DNA of 54,874 nt, the filler included, from Sphacelaria rigidula (lineage: Eukaryota), in assembly GCA_964200075.2 (NCBI GenBank). It is 3 parts of 3 records of this genome, joined end to end, with 100 filler letters (N's around TTAATTAATTAA, not from the genome) between each part and the next. Parts side by side here need not be neighbours in the genome. Positions count along the whole stretch, not along the records: positions 18,331 to 36,552 come from CAXNAA020000890.1; positions 36,653 to 54,874 come from CAXNAA020000891.1; 1 more part is not named here. One strand, written 5' to 3'. This document shows positions 24,667-36,949 of the stretch, in pieces (position 1 is the stretch's first letter; the number at the start of each line of letters is the position of its first letter). The notes beneath the pieces were generated by a model. It worked only from the letters and a program-made list of their open reading frames with translations. It was not told the DNA's origin and searched no databases. The position numbers and the translations under genes were made by a program.

Positions 24667-27600
24667 GAAAAGGTACAAACCTCTCCATGATGGTGAAGTC
24701 CTTCTGCGCATCCGAGCCTTCCTCTGCCCGGGTCCCGACGCCGGATGACGTGCGCATTGGTTCTCTGACGCTCAACCGCACGAATACCGACAGGATGAGG
24801 CCATAGCCGGCGACGATAAAGGCAGACATGCGCCAGCCGACTCCCTCTGCCATAGCAATGCTGAGGGAGCTCAGGCCTCCGCCCACATACACTCCAAATG
24901 CGTACACGCCGTTTGCCTGAAGTGCCGTGATCCGGGGAAAATATTTGGGCGGGAGGCGGGGGAGGTTTGTAGCATCCCTGCTTTATACCGACGAATCAAA
25001 AATGCTGGGTATAAGGGGTGAAAAATATTCATGGTTGCATTTCGGGGGAGTGAAGAGAACCTTTGCACGAACCTGCGTAAATATACCTTTCTTTTGTACT
25101 CAAAAAGGGTTTAGTTGACATGTCCAAGCTGTGTACACGAGACAGATTTAGATTCACCGCAAGCCATCATGTACTTCCATATTACCCACTTTATGGAGCC
25201 TTGCTATCTTTTCTCACAACCTAGACGGTGATTTGGAACCCCTTCGTTTTACACCCCCCTCGTCAATTGCCCGTGTCAACTACCGACCCGTCCTCTTTTC
25301 ATGCACAGCAAAATCTGGATGTATGCACTCACGACTTCTTACGTTTAGCTGTTGCACCAGCGGCAGGGAGCTTGGAGGGGCAAAGAGGGTCGGGGCGGGC
25401 CGCTGGGTGGGAAGGAAAAGGGGATCACGATAGCAACGCTGCAACCATGCCAGAGACCAAATCTACTTGAACCTGGGTAACACGGTGTTCCACTGTGAAA
25501 GAAGAGCCTTTGCAGTGTACTGAAATAGAACACCTCAACTTTAAGAAAAAAAAGGGACAAGAAGTTTGAGAAGAAAAATGAACCCAGACTGTAGTATACT
25601 GAAACGAGACACGAAAAGAGAGGGGCACAACTTACGACGATTTTGTTTTGAGGATCTCGTTTCTACAACGGGCTTTTTTCTTTTCTCTTCGTCACACCCC
25701 CCACCCTTCCCCTCCCTCGGGACGAGCCTGTGGTGTGAAGGCATCAACTCATCTCTCGAGGTGTGGTGTACGTCATCTACGGAAATGGCGCTTCCATCTC
25801 GTGACAAAAGCAAGATATATATCGTTCGGCTGCTGTTCATATGATCCTTCGCGTCTGCATTTCTGTTCATACTGACGATCAGATCTTCCAGATTTCCGCT
25901 GTCTTTTTCCTTCAGTCATCAGTTTACATCAATTTTTTCGTATTTCGTTTTAATTCTTTCATTTTTTGTATCGTCGACTTTCCTTCAATGAGTGATTTTG
26001 CCATGTGCCCATCTCGACGAGACAGGAAAAAGAAAGAAGTGGAGAGGAAAGCAAGGGTCGGGAAGCAGCATGTTCACTGGTCGCCGCAACTCAAGTGACG
26101 GACTCATGGTGACGGCGACCAATTGACGTCCTGCTCTTCGACGCTTGCTTTGTTCGCCGTTTCGATTCTCCTGTCTACAAGACAGGGGATCAAACTAGAC
26201 GTTGGGCACGCAGCGTACCAGTTGGGCGTGTAAAAACCAATCCATTATTCGTCATTTTTAAACCATTCAAGAAAAATAGACCGCACGCAACAAAAGTTCA
26301 TGCCCCGGGATAACGCCGCGCTCTGAAACGCTGCGAGGGAGCAAAGGGAGAGAGGGGACTAAAAAGCAAGCCCACACGCTAACTCCAAAAAATGCCATGA
26401 CCGATCGTAAAACGATGACTTTCTCAACAAATTGGAGAATCGGGGGGGGGGGGGGGGGCCAACCATGCGCAAGGAATCCCGAAGAGAAAAGAGCAAGGAT
26501 GGGAGAGAAAAGGGGGGCAAGAAAAAANNNNNNNNNNAGTATTTGGTTTGACTTTTGCCTTTTTAGGAGAGGATGTTGGGGTGTTGTGGAGGTGGGGCGA
26601 TCTCACCTGGGCCAGCGATTCCGCAGGAAAGTAATCGGCAATGATCGAGTAAGAGGCTGGTATCGAAAAAGATTCGCCGATCCCCAGGAAGATCCGCGAG
26701 AACAGCAGCCCAACGAAGTTTTGGGACAGCCCCAAGCCCACGGTCGCCAAGTTCCAGATGATCAGTCCGTAGAAGATGATGTTTCGCCGGTTGTACAAGT
26801 CCGCCGCACGCCCCATGAAGAGGCCGAAAATTACCTGTACGCAACCAACAGCCAACAGGCATTATACATGGGAGATTCGTTTTACGCGACTCGATCACCA
26901 AAAGCCATGGTCATGAGGTTTATATATACGTCGGAGAACAGATGGAAAGCGTGAAGATGGTATTACTCGATTTTCTTCCTCCAGCCTGCCATTAGGGTGA
27001 ATGCACACGCCCACCGATGCAGTAGCCGACTCGCTGGTTTCGATATTCATGGTCCATGTCTGGGCCCTTGTGTTTGTACTAAACAAATTCATGGGAGATC
27101 CGACCGGGCCATCTTGGGTATACTCTTTTGAAGACGCCAAGACTCACCTATGGAATGGAGGACATGAAAAACATCGCTCGCCATCCCTTTGACAGTATTA
27201 GGAATAATCACGATAGTTCCAAGGCTACCAACTGAGTCACCGGGGCGACTGGCATTCCGAATATCAAGAGGAAAAAAAATGCAGGGTGGAAACTGAAACG
27301 AAACAAAAAAACTCGAAACATCGCTCTCACGTAAAAGAACGAGAAGCCGTATCCGACCAGTAGACCGTACTCGGAGGTGGATATGCCGGTGGAATCCGCG
27401 ATGCTGATGAAGTTCTTCTGCTCGCGCGTCATCCCCAGCAGGAGGGCGGGGGTATGTGAAGACAAGGCATTCACGGGGGTAAACAACAAAAACAAGAATA
27501 CATGCGAGTGGATGGACGGGTGAGTGGCAGGGTTAAACGCAACGCAAAATAACTGACGGATTTCGTCAGTATTTTCCCTGTTTATTCTTGTATTTCAACA

Positions 27601-30600
27601 TTGGGATATTACCTTTTACTATAGTGAGCAGTTCGAGAGGACATACCGCTGCGTGAGGCTATTATCGATTAGCCAGAGAACGAACACTTGATTCAACCCG
27701 GCGAATCGAGATGAAAAATTCACCGTGGGAGAAAAATAATGAACAGCCACCCGGCGGAACCATCTGCACCCTGTTCTGGCAGAATTGAAGCACAGCCGTT
27801 GTCCAGCAAAAAAAAAAGCTGCAGAACCGACAAACGGTATTAGTGAAAAAATGAACAGCTTGATGATACATCATACTGCACACCTCCCCCAGATACCACC
27901 CCCGCATGTCATCATTCGCGGGTTCAGCACACGCCCACACAGGCAAGTAGTTGCTCGTGGCATGAGTTCGGGAACGTTTCCAAGAAACAGACGCCCGTCA
28001 CCTCGGTTTTTTGTCGTGTTCTTCCACCGCGTTTGTATAAACTCTCTGAGGAGGGCCGACTCGACCTCAACACACAACAATACCGGGCACATAGCCGCAC
28101 GAGATGAGCCGACCCCCGATGGGCACATGACTAACGTTGTGCGTAGTGAGCGTTTGTGGTCATGAGCGTAGACCCACCCATGAACGGACATCGAATGATA
28201 AGCAACGACGAAGCCTTGGTGCATGACTTGAACCATACATAAATTCCTCCAACGTGGTACAATGATGTGCGATCCTGCCTCTTCTCCCGGGGGGAAGGAG
28301 TACTCATGTGTTGCTTGCCTTAGTCGTTCGACCAATGACCACGCATGCCTTTCGAGACGGAGCACCGTTCCTACTCGTAATAGACACCTCCCAACATTCC
28401 GGCGCTCACTACGTTTCTTTCATGCGTTGCACAAAAACCTTCGATGTATTTTACCCCTGTCCTTTTTCGCCGTCTCGGGCCATCAGTCATCTCGTAGTAT
28501 AGCCATCGTTTTCTCCCTACTTCCAATGCATCAAACGATTTCATGCCACCTTCGTTCAAGTCCAGCATTTCCCCCTCCAGCACGTCCCGTTCCTTCTTGT
28601 ATAGTTCAATTTCTGTAACTGTATGGCTTCTGCTCTTTATCGATTCGTCACAAAGGCAGTTCTGCGCATCTACTTCCCCTTCCACACGACTACTGGTATA
28701 TCCATTCATTCTTCTTGGCGGGTCCAGGTCCCCCCCCGATATCGCAATTCCGGCTTCTTCGCCGCTTGGATGGGGCCGTGCATATATATGTTTTCATCCC
28801 TATCCTCTCTCTCAACCCCCCGTGTATCTCCGGGTGTTTTTTCTCGTCTCCCTCGCGTCTGAGCACTCCTTCTTCCCTTATTTCCATCGTGTCTCTTACT
28901 TTTGTCTTGTACCCCGCGCCTTTACATATGGACAGTATTTTGTCTTGATTTCCTTTTGTCTCCTTCCATACTTTCTCGACTCCTCTATCCCACCTTTTAG
29001 CTCCCCTTTCGTACTTTTTTTCCATACAGCTCCATCAACAATAGCTGACAATCTCTTTCTCTGCATGTTCTTTAGGATATACTGCCATCACAATTTCCTT
29101 CTGTCTCTGTTCGTTTTCAGAGAGTAAATTGCAAACGTCAGTACTGTATTAGTCGTCGTTCTCGAGCATTCAAGTATCTTCTTAGCTGCTGCCATCTGTA
29201 CTGTTTGCAACTTCTCCACCGAGTTCACGTTCCCCTCCTATACGTCTCCTGCATATTCCAGCTTTGGTACGATCACGTTCATCAGGAAACATCTATTAAT
29301 CCTAGCGCCTAGGTGCGAGTCTATGAGGACCACGTCCATCCTGCCGATTTGTGCCTCGCCCTTATTTATTACTTCGTTCATTCTTGCGTCCGAAGAACAG
29401 TTTCTGGAGTCTTGAGATCTCTAGGCCAATGTATGTATACTGGTTTACGATCGTCAATTCCTCTCCTCTCCACTTCCATTTGAACTCTACCGGATTTTTC
29501 TCATCTTAGTTACAGACGAGTACCGCGCATTTGTTGACGTTCGCTGTCACTCTTCATTCTCCAGGGGAAGGGGGGGGGGGGGGGCTCTTGTGCTGTATGG
29601 CTGGGGCACACGTATCTCGTACTTGCACAAAAAACGAAGATGGGGAGTGTCCTTGGAAGCATACCGACCTCACCTCATCGTCATCATCGTAGTCGTCGTC
29701 AGAAACAGCGTACAAGTAGTTCAGCAGATATCGGGCCCATTGATTGCTGACTGTTGTTTGGGAGAGGAGAGGGTGTATGGGAACGGGAAGGCAAAACGGA
29801 CGCCGCAAAGCGACGCACCGAGGAGGAGTCAAATCGAGTCAGTAACGATGTATCATGTCATTCCTCCAGAGCGTACGTCACCAGTTGTGTACTTCAGAGT
29901 GTCTCGAACAGGTGTGGGGCAGCGATTTGGACCCGTTTTTCTCAGCCGTTTGCACTTCTATGTGTATATGATACTCTCGCACAGGGCACTACGGTCGTGT
30001 CTCGTAAGAAAACGGAAAGGGCCAGCATGATTGACGCGGGATGCGTTTCGTACATTTCCACTCGTTTCGTGGGGTTTCGCCTTCATGTTTGGCACCTCGG
30101 GCGAATTTGGAAGTGCAGGACGAGAAAATGCGGGGGATGCCATCGATGGATCGCGGTAGCACCCCACCCTCACACTTTCAAAGTTGTGCGCACGATGGTC
30201 GCGCGACACGCTGCATCCCATACAGCGCTCGGTAGTCCAGATGGTAGTTGTCAATGAACTCATTAACTTCAGTATATACCTGGTTTGGTACAGGCCGGTC
30301 ACTAATTGAAACAACACCCGCCTACTGGGGGAGGCAGCTGCGTCAGTCCAAGCTGTTCCTCCCTCTCATGCTACAATTTTCTCAAGCAAGCGGATGCTGC
30401 TCAACCGATAGGAATTCTCGAATGTATGTGCGACTCGTTTCGGCTCAGTCTAAACTCAAACTGCGCGTGCTGAAGATCGTCCAAGAGCACCCGAGATCCT
30501 CACACCGCAGTACAACTCCAAGATGACGTCATCTACCTGGGTGTTTTTCACGCGAGAGTGCTGCCCCTAGGCCGAAAGAGGCACTTCCAATATGGTGAAA

Positions 30601-33600
30601 GGATATCAATTTCATCAGGAGTTATTTAGTGCACGCCCCACGCAGGCCTGTCAACAGAGAGGATCACCCTGACTATAATTGATTTGAATATCGCACTTTA
30701 CCGAACCCCCCAGGGATCGAGGCGTGGTCACATCATAGACGTAAACTCCAGCATCGGACAAGGGCGGCTCCTACTTCAACACAAAGTAACGATATATGAC
30801 CGTGTCGTTCGAGAAACACTTTGCCGGCCTCAACATGTGACGTCGGGATAACACGCTTTCCTCACGCGTTTGTATGCATTCCCCGTTGTCATTTTGTTGC
30901 AGGCGTTCTGTATGATATACGTTGATCCGAAGGAGGCTAGGCAGATACCGTCAACGTGGGATTCATCCGCCACCGTCCTGTATTTACACCGTACACCTCT
31001 CTGATGGGATTGAACTTCTATTCTAATCTCGGGATTCTTAGGTATGTAGTGGGGGTTATTCGTGTAACCTGGAGATGTGTTTAGAATCAACGATAACGTG
31101 GCGCGCTCGAGGTGTGACGTTTTGGTTGGTTACACGAGTTGGGATTTGCCAACGTTTTCATTATTAGTGTGTTACGGGACTCACGCGTGATGGGTACAGT
31201 AGAGTCGCTCGCCAACGACCCCACGATCAATCCTTGCTCTGTTTGACACTCCTGCCTGGCAACTATGCTCAGCAATCCCAGCCGCAACCTCAACAGTGAT
31301 GCGATTATAAGTATGTGGTGCGTGATTGAGTACATCGGCTACGCATGCGCAGATACAGGGCTGCGATCGATACCCATGGCAAGTCATGAGAGGCTGGTGC
31401 GGCTGCGCCCAGCGTAATCTCCAGATGGGGGTCAACGGTCGGATACGCGAAGCCGCTGTTCACGGCGGACAGCTTGGAAAAACTGTGTTTTCGAGATAAT
31501 GCGTCGTTTCACGCCCCGAAAGAGAGCGGAGCGGATTTTGACCCGGGGTGCAACGCTGAAAAACGGAACGAAGGATTGATTTGTACAGTCAAATCAGTTA
31601 CACTAGAAGCGGGTAATATTGAGATAAGTCGCTATTCGTCCGATTTTCGCAAAAATCGAAAGCAGCTGTGAAATAGCCATACCCTGGACAATACAATACA
31701 GTCCAAAATTCTACTGCTGACAGTATCCATTGTTGCGTCTTTTGTAACAGACGAAATATTTCATACTGTACGCAGTACATTTTCCGCCGATAGAATCTCT
31801 TGTCCAGGGTGTGAAAATAGAGGGGGGTTGACCCTTTGGGTACTGGCAGTGGGAAGTGTGGATTTCGAGGTGCTGTGTTTTGAACGACATGTGGTTGAGT
31901 ATTAACACCTTTCACACAAAATTACACTAGCCCGACCCGTGTTCTTCAGATCCGTATAAAAATAGATGGGTAGCGCTGATTTTTGTTTGTGTGGACTTCA
32001 GGCACTCATGTGCTGATTTTGGCTGTGTGCACAACTTGGACAACCTTGACCCGTTGCGTCCCTCACTGGACAAAACGCATCTGACTGCACCAGGGTGACT
32101 AACGTTTTTGGTGCGCGCATGATGTATGCTGGTGGTCCTTTTGTGGTCTTCGGCCGTTAAAATAGATGCCGTCGATCTCTCTTCTTCTCACCTTCTTTGT
32201 CAGGGCTTGAAATAATGAGGCGTCTGGCCAGGGGTCGAAAGGGGAGGAGTCACAAAGGGCAAACCTTCAGACTACGAACCTCGCCTAGATGGACTCAGAT
32301 GGACTGGGCCACGTTTGGGGCTCAGAACAGCTGTTTTCTTCAGTCCACAAAATATCAGAGGAACCTGCGGACGGAGGCCGTGTCTCATCTTCCAAGGACG
32401 TTGGCCTTCACGTCAGTCATGACTTCCCACGAAGTGTAAGGGAATGGAGCGTGTAGAGACGCGACGTGGACTTGAACTGGACGGGCTTTGCAAGGCAAGG
32501 CTTGGGGGTTGGAACACGGAGTGCCTGGTGTGAAGGCTCCGAGACCGGACGTCAAGTGAGGAGCATGACTAGTCCAGCCTGGGGATTGGAAGATGACAGC
32601 CCCAGGGATCACGGAGATGACGGTCGGGGTGGACTTGCCTGACGTTTGGGCAATTCTCACCGAAGGGATTTTTCCCCTTTTCAGAATCTTTTTTTCGAGA
32701 AACGACCTTTGATTGATCGCTGCGACACCACCTCCCCCCCCTAATATCCCCCAAACATGCGTGGAAACCCCTCTATGGGGGAGATTTCAACAAGTGCAGA
32801 AACACTTGCTGGAATTCCATTTCCGAACGGATTTTCGTCAAACAAAGACTGACATGTGTAGACTAGTGAAGACTGCGATTGAAGTAATTCGCGTGAGTGG
32901 TGGGTGTCTCTGCACGTTTTTTCGGGGGTGGGTGCGTAGGTGTTGTTTTGTTCCTTCTTGTCTGTAGCATCACAGACACCACAGACGCCGCATTTCTGAA
33001 CGTGCTTGCAGATCTGGGATTGGATCGGTACAAAACTGCTCTTCGATCGGACTCGAAACTGGTCGGGGTATCCCCGTCTAGTGGGGATTTTGAGAAGGGG
33101 GACAATCCCCTTCCGTAAGAACGGTCCTCACTAGTGAGCGGGTGGGTTCACACAGAGGTCTTGGTTACAAAAACGTCATATATATATTTAGAAAACGGAG
33201 AAACCCTGACCGACTTGTAGATCTTCGCTGAATACACCCGCAAGAAACAGTGAGCGTGCCGTCGCTCTCCACTGAGCACAGTCCACCGCACGCTGCTGGT
33301 GTCTTTGATGTTCCACAACAACAACACAGTGTAAAGTTATGCTGGCAGCACGAGGGGGTTCAGGCAGAGGGCAGAGACCACGAGTAGACTAAAAGGCACG
33401 TTGGTTGTGCGGATGCTTTCACGATTCGAAGGTCACGACCAAAACGGAAAATACTGCTGGGGTGTGGCATACAGACTATTTCGATCATCACAGCCATCAC
33501 AATACTGTTGTAGTCACGCCATGTTTCGGCACTGGGCCCACAGATGGGGGCAAGATTTATGAGTTGCAAAGTTTCTCGACCAATCAGAATCTTCAAATAC

Positions 33601-35889
33601 ACCAAAATTCGGCGACCTTTTTTCACTCAGATGAGAGATATGAGTAGCAGGTGAGTCAAAAAGCAGCTCTGATTAGTCCACACATTGCGCCGCTGCGACA
33701 GAGACAGCTGCTACCGACAATAAATGAGGATACAGCAGCTCCGTGCTGGCTCAGTTTGTTTGTCCCAACCTGCACGCACTCGCCTGGCGTGTCTTCCCTT
33801 ATCACAGCCCCCGACTATGATTGAAGTTCCGGAGAAGACTCAAAAGACGGCTGAACAGCCGTCATGTGACGATTGTTTCGGGCTTTCGTTGTTCCGACAG
33901 CACCTTGATCCCACCCCATTCTTGTACGGACTCTCCAGTGCACATCGCACCGTGATCGTCGTAGAGTGTTGAGATGCCCAACAGCACAGCGAGAACTACA
34001 GCACAGAAATGATGGGTTTGGGGAGCGCCTTTTTCCTCTGACTCGAGACGAAGTAGCCAACACACCAAGAACGTTTCAGCGGTGTGTAGAGAGCACTGCG
34101 TGCCGACGAGATTATTTTTCATTGAGACGAACGGAATTGCAACATCAAGCAACTCAGGCACTCCCAGCGGAGATCAAACCGTTTCCACAAAGGCCTGCAG
34201 ACGCCACAGCGCAGCGACACCTACAATACACAAGACAGAGCATGAGTGAGTGTGTTCGTGCTGCAGCACAGTGGTACAGATCATGTCCCATTGGATAGTT
34301 CTTTCCCTGATTTCAGGTGGGTGCTCGATTTTTCCCCAGTGGCGATTTTCAAACGCTAGGCCATAATCGCGCTTCGCGCAAAAATATTCTTCATCACTTT
34401 GAGTTTTACCCCCATCTGTGGGAGGTGAGCCCATTTTTCAGTCTCTGTTGCCGGCTTGGAAATTCCCGAGGGGGACTTTCACACAGACATGACATAATTG
34501 GCTACGTGAGCTTTTTGGCAGTTTCAACAACAGGTCACCACCTCCTTGTCAAGAAGCATATCCCTGGACTGTCAGCCGGTGAAACTGCTCCGAGGCGACG
34601 CTGGCAGTTTGAGGGACAACAAAGAAATCCAATCAGCATGGATTGGCCGTGTCCTCCGCTTTGGACAAGATGAAAAAATTGCATAGCTCGCAATGCGGCT
34701 TCCAACCAACCATCACCGTTACATTCTTTAACGAAACCATGAAGGTTTGCTCATGACTTTTCTTCACTCTGCCTCAGGCGCACATTATTTGGACAGTGTT
34801 TCATTCAGGTACTTCACCTCTCACTACATGCCATGATATGGAGGGCGGCGGGACAAGTGCCGCGGAGCACAGCCCTACAGCCCCGAATCTGTGATTGATC
34901 TTAAATCTCTCATGTGACCTACTCTCTGTGTCATAGCGTGATTTCAGTGAGCTTAGCATCAAGAACAACATCGGAAGAACGTTTTTCCGGTTGCCATTTG
35001 TCCGGCTCAGGTGAGAGCGCACACAACGAGTCAGATTAGAGTGATTTCAAAAGCTGCTGATAACGAACAAGGCAGCCCCACCCAAAGGCCGAGCGCCCCA
35101 CGCCGCCCTTTCAATCGCACACACAGCGGTATGATCACATACTGACTGAATGGAGGCAAAGAAGGACACCAAATCTCCACGATACTGCACGGTACGGAGG
35201 CGTCTGGTACAACAGTCTGCGGTGTTACTGATCACGTCTTGTGTACTGACTACTGTTGTAGTGTACTGCAATGTATTATGTGCTGTAAAACGTCCAGTCT
35301 GTATAAACATCATGGGGGTAAAGGGCCATGCTTCCTGCCGCAGGGGTGCGGCTGGTACCTTTGCTATTTTCTTGCACAGATCTAGTTACCATGCGTTTTT
35401 GAAACGAATAGCGCAGGATCCCCACGGCAACTTCGCGAATGATCGACAGGAGGTATGCTGCTGAGCGTCTCATCCGCCCTTGCGAGTCCAATTATCCGAG
35501 AAAACTATCCGCCACACCGAGATACTTGAGATTCACGAATGGTATAACTTATACGGGGGTCTGTTATTCACAGTGACGAGACAGAGCAGACATCGAGCGT
35601 GTGTGACTCAACCTGCAGTCCGTAACGGGGTATCCCTCGCCCCCACCCTGTGCCCTCATTTTGAGCGGTTGCCCATTTACCACCAGGAGCACACTAGAGA
35701 GGAACGTTTCAGGCATTTTAGGGCGACACCCCGCTCATCACCGTTGCAACCCTCACAACTTCCGTGAAGTACACCTGTAGCGAGATTTTTCAAAGACGAT
35801 GACAACAACAGCAATGGCAAAACCTTCCACCCACCATAGACCATCAGCAAAACGCCAAGCACGTATCGAGCATACGTTGTCGGCGCCAT
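18789..35889 (-). CDS. Major facilitator superfamily transporter, Spinster-like; multi-exon, 3' end not found
   Basis: Phase-consistent exons: 35889-35835 (MAPTTYARYVLGVLLMVY), 29750-29674 (VSNQWARYLLNYLY...), 27417-27331 (...EYGLLVGYGFSFFY), 26834-26607 (FGLFMGRAADLYNRRNI...SRIFLGIGESFSIPASYSIIADYFP), 24916-24681 (ANGVYAFGVYVGGG...GWRMSAF...VREP), 23085-22949, 21935-21860 (GGALSSYLGGLFADR), 19925-19794, 18860-18789 (EYLVAECWFGPAISVLQKALPPRVR). MFS motif A and the RxxxGxGE and ADYFP motifs are present. Confidence 0.9.
21371..21425 (+). repeat. Retroposon-like 3' tail ending in (AATC)n
   Basis: TGTTGCAGTCAGCTAATGTGAGATGATCAATCAATCAATC. Related sequences occur at 21185-21228 and 50021-50060. 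Confidence 0.6.
22581..22765. repeat. ~185-nt foldback hairpin in MFS intron 6
   Basis: Arms of ~85 nt, e.g. TAGACGAGAAGTGTAGTGCATAGAGTATGGGCCTATTGCGACTAT pairing with ATAGTCGCACTAGGCCCATACTTTATGCAGTACGCTTCTAGTCTA, around a ~12-nt loop. Confidence 0.85.
22800..22895 (-). repeat. Dispersed repeat, homologous to ~25670-25775 (+)
   Basis: Reverse complement CCTCCTCGAGACGAGTCCGTGGTGTTGAGGCGTCGACCCA compared with CTCCCTCGGGACGAGCCTGTGGTGTGAAGGCATCAACTCA. Confidence 0.55.
24631..24663. repeat. (TG)n microsatellite
   Basis: Directly visible dinucleotide run. Confidence 0.95.
27211..27249 (-). mobile_element. SINE 5' head fragment
   Basis: Reverse complement reads GTCGCCCCGGTGACTCAGTTGGTAGCCTTGGAACTATCG. 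Confidence 0.6.
28280..29560 (-). mobile_element. 5'-truncated, degenerate non-LTR retrotransposon (LINE) in MFS intron 2
   Basis: Minus-strand translation with stops and frameshifts gives RT C-terminal/thumb-type motifs: RVTANVNKCAVLV...WKWRGEELTIVNQYTYIGLEIS...FLMNVIVPKLEYAGDV*EGN...KLQTVQMAAAKKILECSRTT, then a Cys/His-like segment (AQNCLCDESIKSRSH). Confidence 0.85.
33537..34422. mobile_element. Possible non-autonomous TIR element
   Basis: Perfect 14-bp inverted repeat CCCACAGATGGGGG / CCCCCATCTGTGGG (17 of 19 when extended) about 890 bp apart. No TSD seen. Confidence 0.45.
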
Positions 35890-36552
35890 TTTGTCCTTCT
35901 TCATTTGCAAGGTCCGTTATTTGCTTTCACCAGTTTGCTGCCCTGGTGGTGCGAGGGAAGAACAAGTGGCGAGCGGAATGGCATGCATGCCTGGGGACTT
36001 CACATTTATCCTGAGCACGGCAAGTATTTGTCACGTGATCGACCTTTGATCACGTGAAACCCAAGACTCATCTTGATCGTTATATGGACCAATCAAAAAT
36101 CGGTTCCTAAACATGCGGCGCAATTGAATAACCTGTTTGTCTGCTTTCCGCTTCCAACCTGGTGTGTTGAAGGGAACTAGCCTTGTGGGCAGCGCGAGAA
36201 ACAGGTGCGATGATTAACTGCTGTAGTCCTAGTGAGCTTGTCGCGAAGCGTGGGCGATTGCGTTGGGTTCCGAGTGGAAGTGCATGGAAATACTACTTAT
36301 TCCTGGAGTAAAGTGTTGTCGGTCGAATGCGCTTCGGTGTTGATGGCACAAGCATATCTCTGTTGTGACCTCGCTGCTCTTGGCTAGGGTAACGACACGG
36401 CGAGGGAATGCAGTGATATCATTTTGTTGGAATGGTATGGAGTGAGCAACAGAGGGAGACATCGATCTTGATTTAACATCAAATACACAGCATTGCGCCG
36501 ATTAAAAAAATAAGTTTTTCGGAACAGATTCTGACTTTTTTTTTTTCTCCTT

Positions 36553-36652
36553 NNNNNNNNNNNNNNNNNNNNNNNNNNNNNNNNNNNNNNNNNNNNTTAA
36601 TTAATTAANNNNNNNNNNNNNNNNNNNNNNNNNNNNNNNNNNNNNNNNNNNN
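36553..36652. other. Artificial scaffold spacer (N44-TTAATTAATTAA-N44)
   Basis: Same 100-nt structure as 18231-18330. Confidence 0.95.
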
Positions 36653-36714
36653 GAATGATCAAAGCCACTCTCAATCGTATCATCTACTACTCCCAATCTC
36701 ACGAAAACAGTGTT

Positions 36715-36949
36715 GATAGCCCCCCCCCAAAACCAGCTAAAAGTGTTACGAAGAAAATGGCCATAAAGCGCCCGATGTTTGGGTTCAGGCTGCATGAAGC
36801 GCCTCATAGTGGCGACATAGGCTACAACGAACCCAAGCGTGGGAATTCCCAGCTTCGCGTTGTGCTCTGCTTTTTCCATTTCGATTTACGTGAACATTAT
36901 GCCTCCTAAAACCATGCACTTTTGGGGGGGGGGGCTATCCTAGAAAGTG
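36715..36949. mobile_element. MITE family B, copy 1 (left TIR truncated)
   Basis: GATAGCCCCCCCCCAAAA ... TTTTGGGGGGGGGGGCTATCCTAGAAAGTG. The interior (GATGTTTGGGTTCAGGCTGCAT...AACCCAAGCGTGG.AATTCCCAGCT) is shared with 45441-45688. Confidence 0.8.

Noticed and set aside
31681-31810. 11-bp inverted repeat ACCCTGGACAA / TTGTCCAGGGT
   Set aside because: Too short, single copy and without a TSD, so it cannot be called an element confidently.
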